Shown here piece by piece: positions 1-9,850 of a stretch of 64,000 nucleotides of DNA. The stretch is from positions 7,071 to 71,070 of the forward strand of contig CASFPN010000024.1 in the NCBI GenBank assembly GCA_949296425.1, in the 5' to 3' direction. This stretch comes from an uncultured bacterium. GTDB taxonomy: Bacteria; Cyanobacteriota; Vampirovibrionia; Gastranaerophilales; Gastranaerophilaceae. Below the pieces are notes generated by a model. The model was given only the letters and a program-made list of their open reading frames with translations. It made no database searches and was not told the origin of the DNA. Every line of letters begins with the position of its first letter. Within the stretch, counting starts at the first letter, position 1. A program made the position numbers and the translations under genes.

Positions 1-256
1 TAGCATTGAATAATCAATCTATTAGGATGTATAATAATGATTTACCTTACTATTGATATAGGTTTGAGAAAGGTCGAATGTAAAAGAACACAGGTTTGAT
101 TATTTTCGGACACTTCCGACCGCCAAAACTCCCACACAAAGCCAACTTTACCGAATAATCTTTTTATTCGTTCAAGTAAAATGTCCCGTAAAAATACAAC
201 AAAAATACAGCCGTGCGCTCACTCACTGAAAAACTAATACAAAAACTAATAAAAAA

Positions 257-330
257 TAGCTGGGGAGAGATTCGAACTCTCGACCTCACGGGTATGAGCC
301 GTGCGCTCTCACCAACTGAGCTACCCAGCC
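257..330 (-). tRNA. tRNA-Met (CAT), probably elongator; CCA not encoded
   Basis: Reverse complement GGCTGGGTAGCTCAGTTGGTGAGAGCGCACGGCTCATACCCGTGAGGTCGAGAGTTCGAATCTCTCCCCAGCTA folds into a cloverleaf. Anticodon stem CACGG/CCGTG, loop CT-CAT-AC, GTTCGA T-loop; G1-type acceptor stem, not the initiator type. Confidence 0.95.
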
Positions 331-448
331 ATTATTTTCACAGTTTTACAACTGTCGTGTTTAATATTCTCATAAAAGTTTTTAAATTTCAAGTATTAAT
401 TTTCAGGACTTATATAGCAAATTCCACTAGTAATCGCTAAAATTGTTA

Positions 449-622
449 CCCCTGAAATAAATTCAGGGCAGACTCTGAACTTGTTTGACTGCTTTTGCCG
501 AATGATTTCGTGCAAAATGTCCCCGGGCAGGGTCTTGCCGGTGGTAAGATTCCAAAACCTCAGGTAGGGACAAAAATCACGTTTCGCCTCCGGCTCAACG
601 GATTTTGCAGCCAGTTCGCGAC
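449..622 (-). ncRNA. Candidate structured RNA or palindromic dispersed element (long interrupted hairpin)
   Basis: Nested minus-strand pairings GAACT/AGTTC, GGCTGC/GCAGTC, GCCGGA/TTCGGC, GTGATTT/AAATCAT, TGTCCC/GGGACA. G-U pairs favour the minus strand. Confidence 0.35.
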
Positions 623-671
623 ATTATGTTTATCTCTTAATAATATTTCGCGAAAACATATATATAACTCC

Positions 672-2030
672 CTAATTTTCAACTTCTTCTAATTTTTGCA
701 TAGCACTTTCCGCATTAAGCAATCTTCCGCAATATACACCGTTTACGTTAAGATCGTCAGAAGTTTCTATTAATAAATCTATAAATTCCTGAGGTTTTAA
801 ATCAGGATTAATACTAAGAAAATCATTATACAATGAACCGACAGAATTACCCCAGCATATACCCCCGTCAGAACCTTCATATTGTATACTTTTACCGTCG
901 CCATGGGCAATAGTCAAATGCTGCATAGGAAAATGCAAAAGTTTGTCTAACCATTTTTTCTTTACATTTTTATAATCATTTTCATCCACCCACGTTGCTA
1001 CACTATAGCTTTGAGGAGAATTTACATCTCCTTTAGCATCTCTGTCCGCACCATTTAACTCTATACCATACAATTGTTCCATATTATTTGAACAAATAAA
1101 TATTCCTTCATCAATTGCTTTTTTACAAAGAGCTATGTTTTCTTCGTAATTAGGATTTTCCGGAGAAAAGCCATAGCCTATTACAATTGTTCTGACTTTT
1201 TTTTCATCCGGTAAATCTTTATTTTTTTCTATAATATCATTTATTGCTTCAGCAAGCTGGTTTGTCTGTATTTTTGGATCCATATCAGTACAGCAATAGT
1301 GAACTATTTCTGCATCCGGAGCTGTTTTATGCATTATAGAAAGCATTGCAGCCGTATGCCAAGACGGCCCTTCCTTTGAATCTATATTAGTTCCGATATC
1401 GGTTGAAGATTGAATTTTATCTTTATACATATCATGAGAACAGTACTTCCCGTCTAATAAAGCAACGGCTCCGTAACCTGTATAACCTTTTTCATGTAAG
1501 CTTTCAATACCGCATCCCATTTTATCCATATTGTGTCTGTATTTTTCAAAAACAGCTCTCTGTTCATCAGACATTGTTGTATAATCATCAATAACCAAAT
1601 TTAAAAGCTGCTCATCAGTAAGCCGAAGTTTTGAGATATCTGCGCCTTTTGCACTTTTTACACCCTGGCTCGGAGCATCCGGAATATCATCATAAGTTTC
1701 TATATTCTTTGTGCACAATGATATACAATTTTGATAATACATAATACCATTTTTTTCATTATACCAGCAAGGCTGTATACCCTGCGAAACAAGTTTGGAG
1801 TGCATTTTATCAAATGAACTTTGAGAAATGTTTTCGCTTTTGTTTTCCTCGCCTTCATGCTCAAGTGTAAGTCCATGCACAACAAAATATTCCAAAGACA
1901 TATCGGGTTGCAACCAGTTTTCCCAAACTGAACCTTTTATATTACTGTTTTTAAGTTCCTGTTCGGAAATCACTGAATCATTATTTGTATCAACCGATTT
2001 AAATATTTTTAATAAAGAATTTATATCCAT
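672..2030 (-). CDS. EF-hand-containing subtilase (S8)-like protein, atypical active site
   Basis: N-terminal DTNNDSVISEQE EF-hand loop; AVALLDG (Asp), WHTAAMLSI (His) and GGICWG at the usual Ser motif. Confidence 0.6.
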   Translation of the reverse strand: MDINSLLKIFKSVDTNNDSVISEQELKNSNIKGSVWENWLQPDMSLEYFVVHGLTLEHEGEENKSENISQSSFDKMHSKLVSQGIQPCWYNEKNGIMYYQNCISLCTKNIETYDDIPDAPSQGVKSAKGADISKLRLTDEQLLNLVIDDYTTMSDEQRAVFEKYRHNMDKMGCGIESLHEKGYTGYGAVALLDGKYCSHDMYKDKIQSSTDIGTNIDSKEGPSWHTAAMLSIMHKTAPDAEIVHYCCTDMDPKIQTNQLAEAINDIIEKNKDLPDEKKVRTIVIGYGFSPENPNYEENIALCKKAIDEGIFICSNNMEQLYGIELNGADRDAKGDVNSPQSYSVATWVDENDYKNVKKKWLDKLLHFPMQHLTIAHGDGKSIQYEGSDGGICWGNSVGSLYNDFLSINPDLKPQEFIDLLIETSDDLNVNGVYCGRLLNAESAMQKLEEVEN

Positions 2031-2056
2031 TATACTACCTATATAATTTTTTTAAT

Positions 2057-2083
2057 TTTACGGAATAATATAAAAAAACTTTA
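2057..2083 (-). promoter_or_regulatory. sigma28-like promoter
   Basis: TAAAGTTT-N11-TCCGTAAA on the minus strand, 27 nt before the ATG at 2030. Confidence 0.5.
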
Positions 2084-2141
2084 ATAAAAAAATGTTTTTC
2101 ATTTATAATGTTAACAAAATTTATTAAAAAAGGTTGTTTTT

Positions 2142-3524
2142 ATGATTACCGACATGACAAAGGGAGACCCTTTAAAACATATACTTTTATTTTCCGTACC
2201 GTTACTTATTGGTAACATTTTCCAGCAATTATATAACATTGCCGATCTTGTGATTGTGGGAAGAACGCTTGGCGTTGAATCCTTCGCGTCCGTCGGTGCT
2301 GTTGCTCCTGTTTTTTTTCTTATAACTTTCATTATTGTCGGTTTAACAAACGGATTTGCCGTTATTACAGGACAAAGATACGGAGCTAAAGATATTGAAG
2401 GTGTCAGAAATTCTGTTGTTGTATCCACAATTTTAAGCACCATTGTAACTCTTGCATTTACCGTGGTATGTTCTTTATTTATTAATCCAATTTTGCACTG
2501 GATGAACATTCCTGATAACATCTATCACAATGCTTTCTGGTATGCCGAAATTATTATACTGGGGTTAATCATTACGACCATGTATAATATGGTTTCAAGT
2601 ATAATCAGGGCTTTAGGGGACAGCAAAACCCCGTTATATTTTCTGATTATTGCATCTATTGCAAACATTATACTGGCTTTGATTTTTATACAGGTATTTC
2701 ACATGGGCGTTCCAGGCTCTGCAATTGCTGTTTTACTTTCGCAGGGGATTTCCGTTTTATTATGTCTGATTTATGTAAGATACAGAATGCCCATTCTCAG
2801 AATCCATAAAAATGAATGGCGTATAAAATTTGACAGTGACTTTTTTAATTCGGCTTATGAACATTTGCGTGTAGGAGTTCCAATGGCCCTTCAGTTTTCT
2901 ATAATCGGAATCAGCGTTCTGGTTATACAAAGCGTATGTAATTCATTCGGATCAAATGTTATTGCCGCGTTCACCGCAGCATTAAGAATTGAACAAATAG
3001 CCACTCTGCCAATGATGTCATTCGGGGTTGCGCTGGCTGCTTATGTCGCACAAAATTTCGGGGCAATTAAATTTAAAAGAATAAGATTAGGGGTTATACA
3101 GACTTCGTTAATAAATATTATTTTAAGTATTATCATGGCTTTTGTAATGAGAATATGGGGAACAGACATTATCGGGGCGTTTATCGGAACTGCAACAAAA
3201 GAAATTATTGATATTGCGCATAAATATTTATTAATCAGCACTATATTTTACTTCTTCCTCGGTCAAATTTTTATTTACAGAAATGCACTTCAAGGTATGG
3301 GTGAAACATTATTCCCGCTTCTGGCCTGTATCGCAGAACTTATTATGAGAATATTTGCCGCTGTTTATCTAGCAATAAAATTCGGTTATACAGGGATATT
3401 CTATGCAGGTCCGATTGCGTGGATAAGTGCTTCGGCAATAATGTTTTTCGGATATTTCGGAAGCATGAAGCATATAATTTATAAAGTAAAAAACAAACTT
3501 CACAACGCTTTATCAAACAATTAA
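2142..3524 (+). CDS. MATE family efflux transporter
   Basis: 460 aa, multiple TM segments; LFSVPLLIGNIFQQLYNIAD..IVG and RALGDSKTPL motifs. Confidence 0.92.
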   Translation: MITDMTKGDPLKHILLFSVPLLIGNIFQQLYNIADLVIVGRTLGVESFASVGAVAPVFFLITFIIVGLTNGFAVITGQRYGAKDIEGVRNSVVVSTILSTIVTLAFTVVCSLFINPILHWMNIPDNIYHNAFWYAEIIILGLIITTMYNMVSSIIRALGDSKTPLYFLIIASIANIILALIFIQVFHMGVPGSAIAVLLSQGISVLLCLIYVRYRMPILRIHKNEWRIKFDSDFFNSAYEHLRVGVPMALQFSIIGISVLVIQSVCNSFGSNVIAAFTAALRIEQIATLPMMSFGVALAAYVAQNFGAIKFKRIRLGVIQTSLINIILSIIMAFVMRIWGTDIIGAFIGTATKEIIDIAHKYLLISTIFYFFLGQIFIYRNALQGMGETLFPLLACIAELIMRIFAAVYLAIKFGYTGIFYAGPIAWISASAIMFFGYFGSMKHIIYKVKNKLHNALSNN

Positions 3525-3644
3525 AATGCATAATTACATAATTGTACTACTTGAAAAATTAAAAGTTTTATGACAAAATTGCAAAAAACAGAGAGTGTTA
3601 CGACGGCTTTGTCTTTTTGTAATTACATCAAAATGGTATTATAA

Positions 3645-4940
<1,296 letters not shown>

Positions 4941-4959
4941 AATCAGAAACTAATATCAC

Positions 4960-5017
4960 ATACAAAAATGCATAGTTGCGTTGTTTATGATGTACACGCG
5001 GTTATGCATTTTTGTAT
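4960..5017 (+). terminator. Long hairpin after eno
   Basis: 15-bp inverted arms ATACAAAAATGCATA (4960-4974) and TATGCATTTTTGTAT (5003-5017). Confidence 0.55.
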
Positions 5018-5121
5018 ATTTATATAACAAACAAATCTCCTCTTTTTGAAGGATTAAAACAGCCTGCCTATAGGTTAAAATATAAATGGGTTAGTAATTA
5101 TCTTATTTAGGAGTGGCTTTT

Positions 5122-5334
5122 ATGGAGGAAATTTTTTATCCGCAAAATAACGGCGAAATCTCAAATTCGATTACCCAAAGCTGGACAGAACAAGCTATTG
5201 AATGCTATTCAATCAAATGCGACTGTTCAAAATGTTCACTCAAAAACGGAAACTATTCTTTCAAATGCCAGATGCCGAAAGTAATTGATATTCTTATCGG
5301 CGCTGTGGGAAAACCTCGCAACAACCCCGCGTAA
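5122..5334 (+). CDS. Small Cys-rich hypothetical protein
   Basis: AGGAG RBS 8 nt before ATG 5122 (track starts at GTG 5113); CYSIKCDCSKC...C pattern; followed by a terminator. Confidence 0.7.
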   Translation: MEEIFYPQNNGEISNSITQSWTEQAIECYSIKCDCSKCSLKNGNYSFKCQMPKVIDILIGAVGKPRNNPA

Positions 5335-5375
5335 TTTACGGCTCCTTTTTATTAAAGAACCATATTTAATTCATG

Positions 5376-5404
5376 GACGGATTTTTTAATCCGTCTTATT
5401 TTTT
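5376..5404 (+). terminator. Intrinsic terminator
   Basis: GACGGATT/AATCCGTC stem followed by a T-rich tail. Confidence 0.7.
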
Positions 5405-5481
5405 ATTACAAGAATTATAACCTTCCAATAATAATGCATTATAATCCCGAATACTTTATTTCCACTGCCTATGCCTGCCAT

Positions 5482-5510
5482 AAAAAAAACGCCGAATGTT
5501 AGGCCGGCGT
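5482..5510 (-). terminator. Intrinsic terminator for the 5822/5584 genes
   Basis: ACGCCG/CGGCGT stem followed by 8 T on the minus strand. Confidence 0.7.
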
Positions 5511-5583
5511 AAATGTATATGTATTGTTATGAATTTTTGCTATCCCAAATCCCGGCAGCTGTTCCTCTTAACAGCAGGGGCTG

Positions 5584-5796
5584 CTATTTTGTAAAACCTT
5601 CATTGTGAAATCTCACAAGTTTTGCAAGGTACCATTCTCTTGCATCTAATTCATCTATTCTGTTTTTAATATCTTCAAGTTCCGCTAACAATGTTGTCAA
5701 ATCTTTGCGCTGCGGAATTTGCGGAGTAAAATGTTCCTCATCTTCGCACCACGAAAGCGGAAAACAATTGTTTTCAAAAAGTTCTTTGTTATTCAT
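5584..5796 (-). CDS. Hypothetical protein (70 aa), C-terminal coiled-coil-like
   Basis: ORF with an AGGAG RBS; no family recognised. Confidence 0.65.
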   Translation of the reverse strand: MNNKELFENNCFPLSWCEDEEHFTPQIPQRKDLTTLLAELEDIKNRIDELDAREWYLAKLVRFHNEGFTK

Positions 5797-5821
5797 TGCA
5801 CACTCCTTAGATTATTTGAAA

Positions 5822-6127
5822 CTATGCATTTTCCTTTTTTTGATACTGTGTAATAAACGAGTGAATCATATCAACTAAATCAAAGTTGCCGTATTTAAAC
5901 GCATAAGGTTTATTTGAATATTCACTTTCGGTGATTCTTTGCAAATCCCTAACCTGACGGTAATCAAGCGAATTAAAGTCAAAGCTTGTCATTTCACCGT
6001 AATCTACCATCAAATCTTCCATATCAGTATAATTTTTTTCATCCATGAGTACACACTCCTTATAAAATCTGTCAACAAAATTTATATCGGCAGGTTTTTT
6101 GAAAAACTTTAGAATTTTTAGAATCAT
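5822..6127 (-). CDS. Hypothetical protein (101 aa)
   Basis: ORF in tandem with the 5584 gene; no family recognised. Confidence 0.6.
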   Translation of the reverse strand: MILKILKFFKKPADINFVDRFYKECVLMDEKNYTDMEDLMVDYGEMTSFDFNSLDYRQVRDLQRITESEYSNKPYAFKYGNFDLVDMIHSFITQYQKKENA

Positions 6128-6222
6128 TGTTACATATTTTTACAAATCATTCGTTTAGAGGTTTGACTTTTTGTTGAAAATCATTAAAATTACAATGAAC
6201 AGGTAGAAATTGAGGGCGTAGT

Positions 6223-6768
6223 ATGGCTAATAATTTACTTGCCGGTGTTTATGCCGGATTAACAAACACATATTCTTATCTTGCATCGCAGTACCCAAAC
6301 GGTCTTACACTGGAAAATCTGACCGAAGCAAGAACAGATTCATCTAATCTCGGGATATTAAACCAGACATTTGCGTCTTATCTGCAAAATAATTTCAGTA
6401 CAATTGACAAAGACGGTGACGGTACTATTACTGCAGAAGAAATGAACAATCTTTCAAACAGAATTTCAACACAGGGACTGACAAAGGCAGAATTAACACA
6501 GCTTTATGCCTCAGGTGCAAGCGGAATTTCCGAAAGCACAATGTCAAAAATTCTTGAGCATTTTGATGAAATGGACACAAACCATGACGGAAGAATAACC
6601 AGTGCTGAAATCTCAGCTTATGATGTAAATTGCGCAAGGATGGAAGTAGAAGACGAATTCAACAACCGCCGTGCAACTGACATGTCAGTATTTTACGGTG
6701 ACTCATCATCTTCATCTGCGGATACTTATAGTCTTTTAAGTTACAAATACAAGTCAAACAAGGATTAA
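6223..6768 (+). CDS. EF-hand calcium-binding protein
   Basis: Two canonical loops, DKDGDGTITAEE and DTNHDGRITSAE. Confidence 0.8.
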   Translation: MANNLLAGVYAGLTNTYSYLASQYPNGLTLENLTEARTDSSNLGILNQTFASYLQNNFSTIDKDGDGTITAEEMNNLSNRISTQGLTKAELTQLYASGASGISESTMSKILEHFDEMDTNHDGRITSAEISAYDVNCARMEVEDEFNNRRATDMSVFYGDSSSSSADTYSLLSYKYKSNKD

Positions 6769-6801
6769 TACACTTTAACTTAGTAACAATATACGGAAAG
6801 G

Positions 6802-6832
6802 AAATGACTCCAACAAAGGGGTCATTTATTTT
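6802..6832 (+). terminator. Intrinsic terminator
   Basis: AAATGACTCC/GGGGTCATTT stem plus T-rich tail. Confidence 0.6.
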
Positions 6833-6886
6833 GACTAATATCATAAATTAATATATTATTATTTAAAAGATATAATGGAGTTAAGT

Positions 6887-7582
6887 ATGAAAAAATATAT
6901 ATTAACAATTATTTGTCTGTTTTTTATAATATCCGGAGCTTTTTCCGTTACAGATGAAGAAATTATTCAGGAACAAAGTATTCAAAACAGAATTAACATA
7001 ACGGGAACCCGTATTTTAAACGCAAATAAAATCGACGAAAGAATTATTTTTATCTATGACAAAGACGCCAAAGATTCCCTGCTGAAAATGGATACTACCG
7101 TAACAAGCAGACAGATTGTAATGTATAAAGAGTATTACAAACACATAGAAGATGAAAATGAACTGGCTGCATATCTTGCAAGAGAAATCTCAAATGCTTC
7201 AAGAACTTTCGATGGAATAGGAAACGGCTGGCTCACTGCGCTTCAAATTAAAGCTGCACCTAAAAAATTCGAATTAGTTGCTGACAAAAGAGCTGTTGAT
7301 TATATGGTTAAAGCTGGGTATAACCCTCTTGCACTTATAACATTTATAAATAAAGCTTATCCACAACACTATCAGGATTTAATCTCAAATAAAAACCTGA
7401 CATCTAAAAGACTTGCACATATTTATGAGTATATTTTTACAAAATACCCGTATTTTCTGGCAAATAATGAATATTTAGAAAATCCGAATTACCAGAATTT
7501 TCTTTTGACTTCAATTAACAACAGAAAATTACTCGAAGAAAAAATCAAAAGCGGTTCAAAGGAAAAGTTAAAATATGAATAA
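6887..7582 (+). CDS. Secreted M48-peptidase-like protein lacking HExxH
   Basis: Signal peptide MKKYILTII; ENELAAYLAREISN in place of LAHExxH; ELVAD..A..YM.KAGYNP.A motif. Confidence 0.7.
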   Translation: MKKYILTIICLFFIISGAFSVTDEEIIQEQSIQNRINITGTRILNANKIDERIIFIYDKDAKDSLLKMDTTVTSRQIVMYKEYYKHIEDENELAAYLAREISNASRTFDGIGNGWLTALQIKAAPKKFELVADKRAVDYMVKAGYNPLALITFINKAYPQHYQDLISNKNLTSKRLAHIYEYIFTKYPYFLANNEYLENPNYQNFLLTSINNRKLLEEKIKSGSKEKLKYE

Positions 7583-8144
7583 GATTATTTTTACTGTTTT
7601 GCTTTTATTTTCAATATCACTCCCGTGTTTTTCGCAAATTGTACAAGATGAATTTGCAGATGCATATTTTAAAAACCTTCAGCCTGAAAAACCGGAACCT
7701 CATTTAAATTACGATTATGAAAGTACGGTAAAAATTCCCATAAAACTTCATATAACAGAAGATATAAAAAATGAAAACCGCATCTTTGAAGGCCAGCCTG
7801 TAACATTTATAGTTGTTAGTGATGTTATCTATAACGGAAACATAATTATCCCGCAAGGTACAACTGTTCCCGCCAGAGTAGAAACCATAATCTCGAGCGG
7901 GATGAACGGAATTCCTGCAAGTATAATCTTCGGAGATTTTAAATTTGAAAATATTGATGCAAATAAAATTGATTACACCTATGAACGCTTCGGACAGGAC
8001 AGGAGTTTATGGGTGTACCCTTTAAAATGGGCGCTTACTATACTGCCTCCGACAGGTTCTTTTACCAATTTTATTAAAGGCGGGCATGCAAAACTGAAAA
8101 AAAATAAAATTATAGAGATAAATTATTATCCTGACTGGATTTAA
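7575..8144 (+). CDS. Secreted hypothetical protein
   Basis: Signal peptide; overlaps the upstream stop codon (operon). Confidence 0.75.
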   Translation: MNKIIFTVLLLFSISLPCFSQIVQDEFADAYFKNLQPEKPEPHLNYDYESTVKIPIKLHITEDIKNENRIFEGQPVTFIVVSDVIYNGNIIIPQGTTVPARVETIISSGMNGIPASIIFGDFKFENIDANKIDYTYERFGQDRSLWVYPLKWALTILPPTGSFTNFIKGGHAKLKKNKIIEINYYPDWI

Positions 8145-8712
8145 AACCTAAAATATGCTCAAAAATTTTCTCGTTATATCTGTTGTCAACGGCACTGAAA
8201 GGCAGAACAATTCCGCCAAATTGTTTTTCAATATTTTTTATTACATTCAAAGTTTTTGATTTCGGTACATAATCCATTTTTGTAACAACGGTAAATATCG
8301 GAAGGTTATAAGCCTCAACCCATTGCCGCATTTGATAATCATTTTTTTGGATTTCATGCCGGCCGTCTATCAGCTGAATTAACGAGGATATCTGCTCCCG
8401 TTCCAAAAGATATTCTTCTAAGTATTTCTGCCACCTGTCCTGTGCTTCTTTAGAAACTTTTGCATAACCGTATCCGGGCAAATCAGCTATCATAAATTTG
8501 TCGGAAAACTGAAAGAAATTTATTAATCGTGTTTTACCGGGCGTATTAGATGTTTTTGCAAGTTTTTTCTGATTAGCAAGCGCGTTAATAAATGAGGACT
8601 TCCCTACATTAGAACGCCCGAGAAGCGGAAACTCGGGCAGTGTGTAAGGCGGACACTGCGACAATTTTTCCGCACTTATTAAAAACTTTGCCTGCATGTA
8701 TTTTGTAGCCAT
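8110..8712 (-). CDS. engB: Ribosome biogenesis GTPase YihA/YsxC
   Basis: GRSNVGKSS, PGKTR, DLPGYG and TKMD G-motifs. Confidence 0.96.
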   Translation of the reverse strand: MATKYMQAKFLISAEKLSQCPPYTLPEFPLLGRSNVGKSSFINALANQKKLAKTSNTPGKTRLINFFQFSDKFMIADLPGYGYAKVSKEAQDRWQKYLEEYLLEREQISSLIQLIDGRHEIQKNDYQMRQWVEAYNLPIFTVVTKMDYVPKSKTLNVIKNIEKQFGGIVLPFSAVDNRYNEKIFEHILGFKSSQDNNLSL

Positions 8713-8740
8713 AAATTTATAATATCATGAAAGTTAACTG

Positions 8741-8968
8741 TTAAAAATTAATATTAGAATCAACAAGTTCACTTATGCTTATATTAAATAACTCAGAAAC
8801 GTGCTTTAGATAAAGGATGGAAGGGTTTGTTAGTCCTCGCTCTATTTTACTGTAGTAACTTTTATCAACATTTAGCTTATTCGCAATATCATCCTGTGAA
8901 AATCCTTTTAAAGATCGCAAAATTTTTAGTTTTAAACCTATTTTTTTAAGGTACGATTTATCATCCAT
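8741..8968 (-). CDS. XRE-family HTH regulator
   Basis: 75 aa, LRSLKGFSQDDIA...YYSKIERG..NPS. Confidence 0.92.
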   Translation of the reverse strand: MDDKSYLKKIGLKLKILRSLKGFSQDDIANKLNVDKSYYSKIERGLTNPSILYLKHVSELFNISISELVDSNINF

Positions 8969-8985
8969 TCCATAATTTTATTAAT

Positions 8986-9014
8986 TTGACAACCAATTAA
9001 CAACAGTTTATAAT
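8986..9014 (+). promoter_or_regulatory. Consensus sigma70 promoter of the pilin-like gene
   Basis: TTGACA (8986-8991), 17-nt spacer, TATAAT (9009-9014). Confidence 0.8.
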
Positions 9015-9059
9015 AATATTAAATAGTTTATAATAATATTAAATAGTTTATAAACTATT
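9005..9059. repeat. 20-bp tandem repeat (2.5 copies) ending in a perfect 18-bp palindrome
   Basis: AGTTTATAATAATATTAAAT x2 plus AGTTTATAA; AATAGTTTATAAACTATT at 9042-9059. Confidence 0.9.
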
Positions 9060-9097
9060 AAAAGCGTTAATAGTATATTTTTTATGGAAATAAGCAA

Positions 9098-9850
9098 ATG
9101 AAAAAACAAGGGTTTACTTTAGCGGAAGTGCTCATTACTTTGGGTATTATTGGTGTTGTAGCTGCATTAACTATTCCGTCTTTAGTTTCCAAGTATAGAA
9201 AACATGTAGTTGAAACTTCTCTAAAAAAATCATATTCCGTTTTATCCCAAATCCTTGAACGCTCAAAGGCTGACAACGGGGATGCTGTTAATTGGGATTG
9301 GAGTTCTTACACAGCCTACCAAAAAGATTCATCAGAACAATTTTTTCAAATATACTTTTACTCGTATATAAATATAACAGGCAGGGCAAAATCTGTTCAA
9401 AGCCCTAATCTATTGGATTATAAAATTTATACATCGGTTGACGATACATCGGGCAGTCCTAATTGGTTTTACTATAATGGCAACATGGCAGACTGGGTTG
9501 AACTTCCTGACGGAAGTGTTGTTTTATTTAATTATCAATACACGGGACTACAAAATTTATACGGCAATTTCACAGTAATTCTTCCGAGTTCTAAAAACAA
9601 AAAGAAATTAATAGTGGGTAAAGATGTTTTCGATTTTTCTTTACGTAATTACGGAAATAATATTGTTGTATCGCCATATAGCTGGCAAGATTGGACATGC
9701 AAAGATATAGATGACAACAAGGAAAATTATTTACGGGCTTGCAAAGGAGAAGTTACAAGCGGTGCAGGTATCAATTCCGGCAACTATTGTACATCAATAA
9801 TTTACTGTAACGGTTGGAAAATTCCTGATGATTATCCGATTAGGCTTTAG
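9098..9850 (+). CDS. Type IV pilin-like protein (short leader)
   Basis: MKKQG|FTLAEVLITLGIIGVVAALTIP N-methylation motif with Glu+5; C-terminal Cys residues. Confidence 0.9.
   Translation: MKKQGFTLAEVLITLGIIGVVAALTIPSLVSKYRKHVVETSLKKSYSVLSQILERSKADNGDAVNWDWSSYTAYQKDSSEQFFQIYFYSYINITGRAKSVQSPNLLDYKIYTSVDDTSGSPNWFYYNGNMADWVELPDGSVVLFNYQYTGLQNLYGNFTVILPSSKNKKKLIVGKDVFDFSLRNYGNNIVVSPYSWQDWTCKDIDDNKENYLRACKGEVTSGAGINSGNYCTSIIYCNGWKIPDDYPIRL

Noticed and set aside
567-598. GCCTCCGGC resembles part of a c-di-GMP-I riboswitch
   Set aside because: The GGCAAA/GAAA P1-P2 elements are missing and the G-U pairs favour the other strand.
213-692. Track ORFs 213-440 and 495-692
   Set aside because: They are antisense to the tRNA and to the hairpin element, with no RBS or recognisable protein features.
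5405-5582. Short ORFs and a GCTGTT/AACAGC hairpin after the 5584 gene
   Set aside because: No RBS, no riboswitch core recognised; best explained as 3' UTR plus terminator.
9005-9053. Direct repeats that might be a CRISPR array
   Set aside because: The 20-bp units are contiguous with no spacers, and no cas genes are present.
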